A DNA stretch of 64,000 nucleotides from positions 1 to 64,000 of IMG/VR virus record IMGVR_UViG_3300050013_000165; one strand, written 5' to 3'. Position numbers and translations under genes: made by a program. Below the pieces are notes generated by a model. That model had not been told where the DNA came from and did no database searches. It worked only from the letters and a program-made list of their open reading frames with translations. Shown one piece after another: positions 57,143-64,000 of the stretch. Position 1 is the first letter of the stretch; each line of letters starts with the position of its first letter. The DNA is from a virus.

Positions 57143-57168
57143 AGGCCCGCCCTTCGGGGCGGGTCTTT
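57143..57168 (+). terminator. intrinsic terminator
   Basis: AGGCCCGCCC-TTCG-GGGCGGGTCT-TT. Confidence 0.85.
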
Positions 57169-57169
57169 G

Positions 57170-57370
57170 CTATTCGAGGGCTTCTGTAATGAGGAAGCTC
57201 ACTCGTTCGTCGTCGCGCCATCGCACATAGAGATCGACCATTTCGTCAATCGCTTCCCACGTTGTGACGAATCCACAACGGGCGGCTTCTCGGGCAGCGG
57301 AATTGCGCAGACGAACACGCACCTCATCGTTGCTGATTGTCGTCCAGTACGGAACGAATCCGCCGAGCAT
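57170..57370 (-). CDS. hypothetical protein (solitary antisense gene)
   Basis: 66-aa ORF ending at the terminator. Confidence 0.45.
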   Translation of the reverse strand: MLGGFVPYWTTISNDEVRVRLRNSAAREAARCGFVTTWEAIDEMVDLYVRWRDDERVSFLITEALE

Positions 57371-57469
57371 TAGAGCAGCCTAACTGACGTGAAGTGGGAT
57401 TAGGCCGCATGGCAAGCTCTTTCTCATTGGGAACCCGGGACTAACCATGTCCCAAAAAGGAGAATTCAA

Positions 57470-58048
57470 ATGGCGCAGCCAAAAGGTAATCGAGGTCCAG
57501 ACCGGGCGAGTGCGGGAAGCCGTCGCTCTGCTCGTTCCCCCGGCGACATGACCGGGCGAGTAAAGGACCAACAGGCGAAGGCAGCCAAGGCTGATCTTGA
57601 AGAGCGCGGAGCAGAACTCACAATGATGAACTCAGCGCAGGCCGACGACGAAGAGCACGGTGTCTTCGACGGCCAGTCCGGTGACCGTGTTGATTTGCGT
57701 GATGCACAAAACCGTCACGTTGTAATCGATGACGAAGGCGATGACGATGAGAGCTTCCGATTCGCTCCTCAATTTGCCGAGGAAGAGCCCACTTTGACTG
57801 GTAAGGAAAGCGCCGAAACGCTTGCGCCAATCATCGCCGCCCGACGACAGCACGCAGCGCCTCCGGCGCACGCAGTTCGTTCGTCGATGGCAACCATTCG
57901 CGTCGATCAAGACATCGAGGATATGACCTACGGAGTCGTGAACGGCCGACCAAATAACTTCACACTCCGTGAGGGGTTGAAGTATCGATTGCCGCTTCCC
58001 GTGGCCGAGCATTTGAACGATCTCGGGTTGGTTCGCCAATGGTTCTAA
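57470..58048 (+). CDS. conserved head-region protein
   Basis: AAGGAG RBS; IEDMTYG...G.KY.LP..VAEHL...G. Confidence 0.75.
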   Translation: MAQPKGNRGPDRASAGSRRSARSPGDMTGRVKDQQAKAAKADLEERGAELTMMNSAQADDEEHGVFDGQSGDRVDLRDAQNRHVVIDDEGDDDESFRFAPQFAEEEPTLTGKESAETLAPIIAARRQHAAPPAHAVRSSMATIRVDQDIEDMTYGVVNGRPNNFTLREGLKYRLPLPVAEHLNDLGLVRQWF

Positions 58049-58061
58049 CGAGGAGAACACT

Positions 58062-58370
58062 ATGCCGTCCGTCCAACAGACGTTGGTCCCCAATCAGTTC
58101 TTTCGGTACACCATTACCGATGCAATTTGTCGCGGGGTCACTGTTTATCAAGTAGCCAACGTTGCAGAATGTTGGGCGACGGCAAATGGGCAGGACCCCG
58201 TTGTGCCCTCCGGTGGTGTTGAAGTGACCGATGGTCAAACGACTCTTTCGGGAGTTCTCGGATTGGCGGGTGCACGGGTCCTGCATCCTCCGTATCCGGC
58301 GGGCCAACCTGTTCAACCAAACATTCGAATTCTCTCGCAAGGATCGCCAACAATCGTAATCGAGTGGTGA
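58062..58370 (+). CDS. putative virion protein
   Basis: GAGGAG RBS; structural block. Confidence 0.65.
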   Translation: MPSVQQTLVPNQFFRYTITDAICRGVTVYQVANVAECWATANGQDPVVPSGGVEVTDGQTTLSGVLGLAGARVLHPPYPAGQPVQPNIRILSQGSPTIVIEW

Positions 58371-58374
58371 TCAA

Positions 58375-59214
58375 ATGGCGCTCGATAACCTAGTCAACCT
58401 TGCTTATTCGCTTGTAACTGGCGCACCGTCGCCGCCAACGTCGGGAACGGCGTGCACGGTTCAAGCGGGCATCACCTGGCCGACCGGCAACTTCGACATG
58501 TTGTTCTGGCCTCCCGGTGACATCCCTCTGCTTTCGAACGCAGAGATTTGTCGTTGTTCGGCGGTTGGCAACACAATCACGATGACTCGCGGTGCATATG
58601 GCACTACCGAGCAAGCCATCGCCATTGGTTGGCAGTGTGCTCAGGTCATTACGGCCGATCTCTTCACCGAGATTGTGGCTTTGATTAACGCCACTGTGAC
58701 GAGCTTCAATACTCGAACTGGTGCCGTGACCCTTGCTGCGGCAGACATCGAGGGGTTGTTCACCGCTGCGGGTCAGTTGTTTGTTGGAACTGGTTCAGGA
58801 ACTGGTTCGCTCCTTGCCGGTGGAGCAACTGGCACATTCCTTGGCGCTAATACCGGCGGGGCTCCCACTTGGAAGGCCGTCACGAGCAGTGTTGCTGCTA
58901 CGGCAAGTGAGGTTGAGTGCACCACCACCGGGGCTACTCAAATTGTCACCTATACGCCAAGCGGTGACGGAAACTTTCACATCAGTGTTTACTTTCGAGT
59001 CGTCACGGCAACGACCGTTGTCACCATTACGGTGACTTGGACAGACGCCACTGGTTCGCAAACAATGACGTTGATAAATGCTGTTTCGTGTGCAACTGGT
59101 TCGTACTCACTCACCGATTTCATGATCAACGCAGAAGCAGATGCGATAACCGTTTCAATGACCGCTGGAACCTCAAATCAGGTCTACGGTTCCGCTTCGA
59201 TACTCGTGGGTTAG
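58375..59214 (+). CDS. Thr/Gly-rich fibre or decoration protein
   Basis: VTSFNTRTGAVTL and LFVGTGSGT fibre-type motifs. Confidence 0.7.
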   Translation: MALDNLVNLAYSLVTGAPSPPTSGTACTVQAGITWPTGNFDMLFWPPGDIPLLSNAEICRCSAVGNTITMTRGAYGTTEQAIAIGWQCAQVITADLFTEIVALINATVTSFNTRTGAVTLAAADIEGLFTAAGQLFVGTGSGTGSLLAGGATGTFLGANTGGAPTWKAVTSSVAATASEVECTTTGATQIVTYTPSGDGNFHISVYFRVVTATTVVTITVTWTDATGSQTMTLINAVSCATGSYSLTDFMINAEADAITVSMTAGTSNQVYGSASILVG

Positions 59215-59225
59215 GAAGAATAAAA

Positions 59226-60080
59226 ATGGATACAAGGGGCGCAATCGATCTCGACGAAGAATTTCTTGGTCGTAAGTATCACGACAAGAGTTTGATTCGA
59301 CCGGCATTAATTGCTGCTCGTCGAAATATGGGCATGATGGCAACTGCAACTTTGCTCAATGGTGGATTGCAGGGAACAGCACTTACATCGCACGTTGCTC
59401 ACGGTAAGACGTTTAGTTCGGCTTCGGCCGGATTCAATCAAACTGGTTCGCTGTTTTGGGCCGCATCACCAGTGAATGGGGCGGTTTACAACGGCTCCCT
59501 TTACAACAACACCCTTAGTGTTCCATACAACGGATGCCCGATTTTTTTGGCAGGAGCTATTGGTAACAGTCTCACGGCGACGACAATCACGGATACGTTT
59601 AGTAGTAGTTATACGTGGACTTTGATTGATTCTGTTGCAATTGGTGCGGGAATCCAAAACAATTACATATGGATTGGGCAGGGCGGCTCAGGATTATCGG
59701 GAACTGTCGCCATCAATTTTTCCGGTAGCACAGACTGCATGGGATTCGCTGTTCCGATTATTGGATGTTCTCAGGCATCCGGCACCGGAGCCGTTGATGT
59801 GCACGGTCATAACAGCGGAAGTTCGTCAACCGCCTCTGGTCCTTCGTTGACACCATCCGTTGCGGGGGAAGTTGGACTTTGGTTTGCGGCCGCTCTCATG
59901 AACACCGACGCATTTACTAATGGCAATTACAAAAGCGGGGCTATGGCGATGTATGGGCCTTCTGTTGCTGGCATTTTAGAGACTGCTTGTGCGCTGCCAA
60001 CGTCTGCTCAAAATCCAAGTTGGGGGCTTAACGGATCAAATTATTGGGGCACGATGGGTGCAATTTTCAAGGGCGCATGA
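59226..60080 (+). CDS. Ser/Gly-rich fibre or decoration protein
   Basis: Beta-rich composition; structural block. Confidence 0.65.
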   Translation: MDTRGAIDLDEEFLGRKYHDKSLIRPALIAARRNMGMMATATLLNGGLQGTALTSHVAHGKTFSSASAGFNQTGSLFWAASPVNGAVYNGSLYNNTLSVPYNGCPIFLAGAIGNSLTATTITDTFSSSYTWTLIDSVAIGAGIQNNYIWIGQGGSGLSGTVAINFSGSTDCMGFAVPIIGCSQASGTGAVDVHGHNSGSSSTASGPSLTPSVAGEVGLWFAAALMNTDAFTNGNYKSGAMAMYGPSVAGILETACALPTSAQNPSWGLNGSNYWGTMGAIFKGA

Positions 60081-60084
60081 GCTT

Positions 60085-60231
60085 GTGACTACCATCGGAC
60101 GTCAATCATTACAACTCGTTGTGCAACCGGCACTCGTCGGAGATCAAGAAAATCTCGGCTTAGTTGTACAACCGGCAATGAAGCCGGATCAGGAATCACT
60201 TGACTTAACAGTGCAGCCCGCTCTTCAATAG
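60085..60231 (+). CDS. 48-aa peptide with three 15-aa repeats
   Basis: QSLQLVVQPA / ENLGLVVQPA / ESLDLTVQPA. Confidence 0.55.
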   Translation: MTTIGRQSLQLVVQPALVGDQENLGLVVQPAMKPDQESLDLTVQPALQ

Positions 60232-60241
60232 GATTTCTTCC

Positions 60242-61276
60242 ATGTCCACAGCGTCAATCACATTGAGAACTCGGTTCGAGATTCAGGACACCGGCATGCC
60301 TTTCGCGTGCGCTGTGGTGCTCGATGGCGTCTCGACTGTTTACGATTTGCCGGTTGAGTCAATTTCTTCGACGGCGACGCCTCCGACCGTAATCATTGAT
60401 GGCGCTGTTGTTCCGGCCAATCAAGCGACACCGGCTTACACATTTGATTACAAGCACGGGATCATCGTCTTTCCGACACCCCCACAACCGCAAGGTGGAT
60501 CGCTTCAAGTATCCGGTATTACCTACGACTACTTCATTGATGCGGAAGTCTCCCAAGCCGTAACCGACGCATTCAACTTGCACGTTGCTGACGAAGAACC
60601 GTTGCCGGTAATCGACCCGGTCTCCGGCGAACTGGGGATCAACTCGAACAATCAATATCTCGTGTCCCTTATGGCGGCTGTCGAGCTGCTTTGGTTTCGC
60701 GCAACGGATGCTTCGAAGGACATTGACATTCATACGCCCGAGGGAGTCTCGCTTCCTCGTGCGCAGCGTTATCGTCAAATCCTTCAACAAATTCAGGGAT
60801 TGCAGCAACAGTACAAAGACTTGTGTGCCGCACTCGGTGTCGGTATCTGGCGCATTCAAATCCTCAATCAGCGCCGAGTTAGTTACACGACAAACCGCCT
60901 CATCCCGATCTTTCGAGAGCAGAATTACAACGAGCCCTATACCGGGTTCTTTCCGACCACGGGGTTGGTTGGAGCACTTATTACGATCAATGGCAAATAC
61001 TTCAATAGAACAACTCAGGTCACCTTTGGTGGTGTTCCGGCACTCACGTCCGTGCCGTATCCATACTCGACTCCGTTGGTCGCCGGACAGTTCTCTGTCG
61101 TCAACGATGGGCAACTTCAGGTAGCTGTTCCTGTGGGAGCCATGACGGGCCAAATCGGGGTTGTCACGCCCTATGGCGTTGTGCTTTCGACGGCGCAGTT
61201 CGTTGTGGGGCAACCTGCTCCGTTCGTTGACTATGGACCAGAGCTGGTCCCGATCCCAATTCCTCCTGGTCATTGA
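60242..61276 (+). CDS. head-tail adaptor-like protein with IPT/TIG domain
   Basis: DIDIHTPEGVSLPRAQRY; ITINGKYF...VTFGG...VPVGA.TG.I.V.TP.G. Confidence 0.7.
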   Translation: MSTASITLRTRFEIQDTGMPFACAVVLDGVSTVYDLPVESISSTATPPTVIIDGAVVPANQATPAYTFDYKHGIIVFPTPPQPQGGSLQVSGITYDYFIDAEVSQAVTDAFNLHVADEEPLPVIDPVSGELGINSNNQYLVSLMAAVELLWFRATDASKDIDIHTPEGVSLPRAQRYRQILQQIQGLQQQYKDLCAALGVGIWRIQILNQRRVSYTTNRLIPIFREQNYNEPYTGFFPTTGLVGALITINGKYFNRTTQVTFGGVPALTSVPYPYSTPLVAGQFSVVNDGQLQVAVPVGAMTGQIGVVTPYGVVLSTAQFVVGQPAPFVDYGPELVPIPIPPGH

Positions 61277-61305
61277 TCGTGAAAAAAGTTCCGGTGGAGC
61301 ACTAA

Positions 61306-61821
61306 ATGCCGAACGCTAATGGTCCTTCAGATCGCCGGTTATGGCGAGAGATTTGGGGAGCGCGTCAAGCCTTCAAGGACTACCAACTCGAAGCTGGTCA
61401 ATGGGTCCAGTGGTTCCGTTTCAACAAGCCGGGGACCACAGCTAATCCGATCTATGACACCGGGCCTCAGCGTGTGTGGTATCCGGCGATCACTCTGCCG
61501 GTAATGCTGGCTGAGCAAACCCGAGCATCGCAGAACTTCGACGACGATGGGTTGTACCTCGTTTCTCGACTGCATTTGATCTTCAGCTACTACGCCTTCT
61601 TTCAAACTACGATGCCGGACCCTGACCCCTACGGACAGGATCACGTCAACGACCGTGTGGGCTTCGATACCACCCTCTTTTCGGTGGATTCGTTCATTCC
61701 TCACGGTCGCGTGGCGGGACAATGGTTGACGGTCTCGTGTGATTTGACTGAGGTCGCTTCCGAGGATTTGGCAGAAGACGTTCCCGCTCCGATGTTCGCT
61801 CCGTATGTGGTTGCCTCCTAA
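61306..61821 (+). CDS. head closure/stopper-like protein
   Basis: Position; PIYD.G...W, DRV.FD..LF.V. Confidence 0.6.
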   Translation: MPNANGPSDRRLWREIWGARQAFKDYQLEAGQWVQWFRFNKPGTTANPIYDTGPQRVWYPAITLPVMLAEQTRASQNFDDDGLYLVSRLHLIFSYYAFFQTTMPDPDPYGQDHVNDRVGFDTTLFSVDSFIPHGRVAGQWLTVSCDLTEVASEDLAEDVPAPMFAPYVVAS

Positions 61822-62297
61822 CTTGGAAAATTGAGCTTCGGGAACTCGCTTCCGTAATGCTTGATGGTTTCCCTATCCCTCGCAATTGCTGCTTCTTTTG
61901 GCGTGCCAAAGCCTCCGATATAGGTGTTTTTCTTATTCACTTTGAGCATTGCGATCCACATACCTCGGCGTGAGTCATAGTGGACCCCGATGAACCCTGA
62001 TTTGTTGTCAGACCTGATGTTGTTGTTCAGATTGTTTTGAGTTTTGGTTGCTAGTCGAAGGTTCTTTCGGCGGTTGTCCAATCCGTTGCCGTTGACGTGA
62101 TCTACATCGAACTCGCTTGGGGCTTGCAAGATCAGCCGGTGCATGAGGTGCGGCGATTTTCCGATGTTGCGTCTCGCGTAATACCGTCCTGGTTCGGATT
62201 CAAGTGTGGTCCAGTGCCATTGATTGAGGTAATCAAAATCTTCGTCATCGATCAATGCAAGTTTGCTTCTTGTTAGCTCGATTTGCGCCATTGACAA
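61818..62297 (-). CDS. HNH-AP2 homing endonuclease
   Basis: MHRLIL...VDHVNGNGLDNRRKNLR, SGFIGV, W.A, EAAIARD. Confidence 0.93.
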   Translation of the reverse strand: MSMAQIELTRSKLALIDDEDFDYLNQWHWTTLESEPGRYYARRNIGKSPHLMHRLILQAPSEFDVDHVNGNGLDNRRKNLRLATKTQNNLNNNIRSDNKSGFIGVHYDSRRGMWIAMLKVNKKNTYIGGFGTPKEAAIARDRETIKHYGSEFPKLNFPS

Positions 62298-62417
62298 ATC
62301 ATAGTCAGTTAGTGACTTCCATTTCGCTCTCCGCTTTTGGGATCATCGTTTCGACGGATCGCAGTGTCCGTTGAAGTACATGCGAAGTGCAATTGCCTAT
62401 ACGGAGGTGGTGGCGGA

Positions 62418-62822
62418 ATGTTCCGTCTAATCGATAACGCCATTAGCCCCCGTAAGCACTCGTTCGAAACCGCCGTCAAGCGCCTTCCTTCGGCTCACCG
62501 GGAGGCCCAGCACGCTGCGGTCACTCACCTTCACGGGCGTGCGATTGAAGCTCTCGACTCTGCTGGGCTCAGTCAGCACCGGAGAGCCATCGACGTATTC
62601 ACAGATCGACCAGAGCCCTACGTCGGAATCGTTGGCGGCCCGAGTGGTGACGAGATTTCCGATATTGAATTCGGGCGGCCACAACGAACCCTCGACAAAG
62701 AAGGGCGAGAACTCGACAGCGGGGCTCCAAACCCCGTTCTTCGAACCGCCCTGCATCGAGCACGACCAGAGGCTGAGACTGTCTACAACTCGGTCCTTGT
62801 TGATCGATTGGGGCTCGGATGA
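62418..62822 (+). CDS. neck/tail completion protein (putative)
   Basis: GGAGG RBS; DIEFG...P.P.LR. Confidence 0.55.
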   Translation: MFRLIDNAISPRKHSFETAVKRLPSAHREAQHAAVTHLHGRAIEALDSAGLSQHRRAIDVFTDRPEPYVGIVGGPSGDEISDIEFGRPQRTLDKEGRELDSGAPNPVLRTALHRARPEAETVYNSVLVDRLGLG

Positions 62823-63460
62823 CTCTGATTCCTACCCCTCAGACGGGAATGTGGCTGCGGGATGAAGACAACGCCCTGAAGACAAAACTCTCGGGTTTTG
62901 CCGTCTCGAACTACGGCCAAGGAGGTCCTGGCGGCGTTCCGAAAGAGAACATCGCTGTGTACTTCCGCTTCCCTGATCCCGAAGAGCGCACACGCACATT
63001 TCCCCACATCGCCATCGATCTAATCGACGTCGAGTACGACCAGACACGCGCCCACCGAGCCGGTGGCTACATCGTGCAGTATCCGTTGGAAATGGCAACT
63101 CCTCCGGTGGGAACCAACTTGGTCTCGGACGACATGCCTTGGCCCTCGACGCTCGTTTACCAACTGGCTGCATATTCACGTCAGCCGTGGCACGACCGTC
63201 AATTGTCATTGATGCTGTATCAATTTTTCCCCGAGCAGTTTGGGTTTCTCGATATGACTACGTGGGACGGCACTGTCCGTCGCGCCGATCTGCGTGGGGT
63301 TGCTCGACGAGACATCATCGATGCAAATCGCAAGCGAACGTTTAGAAATGTTTTCACGATTGGCGTTTCATCCGAACTTTACCTGTACCAAATCCAAGAC
63401 ATCATGCAAGTTCTTTCGGTTTCCGCTGACGTCGAAGTCAGCATTAACTCACCACTCTAA
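62819..63460 (+). CDS. tail terminator-like protein
   Basis: Precedes sheath; VYFRFPDPE...FPHI.IDL, YQ...YSRQPWHDR, DGTVRR. Confidence 0.65.
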   Translation: MTLIPTPQTGMWLRDEDNALKTKLSGFAVSNYGQGGPGGVPKENIAVYFRFPDPEERTRTFPHIAIDLIDVEYDQTRAHRAGGYIVQYPLEMATPPVGTNLVSDDMPWPSTLVYQLAAYSRQPWHDRQLSLMLYQFFPEQFGFLDMTTWDGTVRRADLRGVARRDIIDANRKRTFRNVFTIGVSSELYLYQIQDIMQVLSVSADVEVSINSPL

Positions 63461-63483
63461 GAACGTAAAGGTAAGGAGACGAA

Positions 63484-64000
63484 ATGCCTACACCAACCAC
63501 TGGGGCTCCCGGCGTCACTGTTGTCGAGAACCTGAGTCCTGCGTCGCCGCCACCCCCAGCCGCATCTCCTTCAGTTTGCGGCTTTATGGGAGAGCACTGG
63601 GCTGGCCCGGTCAACGAGGCTATCTTGTGCAATTCGTGGCAAGACTTCCAGAAGTATTTTCAGGGGTTCAACCCGAATTCTATTCCGACGCTTGCCAATC
63701 CATATCTGGCATATGCCGTGTCGAAGTTCTTCCAGAACGGCGGGACGATGTGTTACATCGTTCGTGTCATGTCGTCGGCGTCACCGGGCGCATCTGCATC
63801 AGCGACTCTTGTTGATGGCACTGCAACTCCTCAACAGACGTTGAAGCTGACGGCTGGTTCACTTGGGGTCATTGGTAACCCAGGCACGTGGGGCAATGGG
63901 CTCTTCTTTGCCGTTACACAGACGACAACGGCTAATCGATTCAATGTTGCCATCTACAACGGGGCATTGAACCAGGCGAATCTCGTTGAGACTTGGTACG
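63484..64000 (+). CDS. tail sheath protein, 3' partial (not in ORF track)
   Basis: Own translation: PGVTVVE...GP...SWQDF..YF.G...AV..FFQNGG..CYIVRV...NPGTWGN. Confidence 0.9.
   Translation, partial: MPTPTTGAPGVTVVENLSPASPPPPAASPSVCGFMGEHWAGPVNEAILCNSWQDFQKYFQGFNPNSIPTLANPYLAYAVSKFFQNGGTMCYIVRVMSSASPGASASATLVDGTATPQQTLKLTAGSLGVIGNPGTWGNGLFFAVTQTTTANRFNVAIYNGALNQANLVETWY

Noticed and set aside
60359-61273. Long antisense ORFs (also 8435-9112, 13555-14214, 52689-53417)
   Set aside because: Shadow frames of well-supported genes in GC-rich sequence, with no motifs

Overview
64 kb segment of a large tailed dsDNA phage with a contractile tail. The host is probably actinobacterial (moderately high GC, DUF1906 lysin, ThyX, leaderless-looking promoters), and the gene content recalls Bxz1/BRock-type actinophages. 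Layout: small putative virion-internal proteins (0.3-5.2 kb); an early/accessory block with PLD nuclease, UvrD helicase and DUF932 (5.8-15 kb); a sugar-nucleotide/glycosylation island (16.5-25.6 kb) with Tal, GmhA, HddA and HddC heptose genes, a GDP-mannose 3,5-epimerase-like enzyme, four glycosyltransferases and three methyltransferases; terminase; ThyX and dNMP kinase; an AT-rich strand-switch region (36.6-37.1 kb); tRNA-Asn flanked by structured RNAs and a truncated nucleotidyltransferase; a second four-GT cluster (43.6-47.8 kb); lysis genes; portal, scaffold, major capsid, neck and the start of the tail sheath. About 13 free-standing homing-endonuclease genes or remnants are present. The clearest unexplained pattern is that several of them sit at the 3' end of a gene, next to a recoded duplicate of that gene's C-terminus (major capsid and three GTs). 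Two of these are endonuclease plus passenger-ORF cassettes. All calls come from reading motifs by eye; no searches were run.
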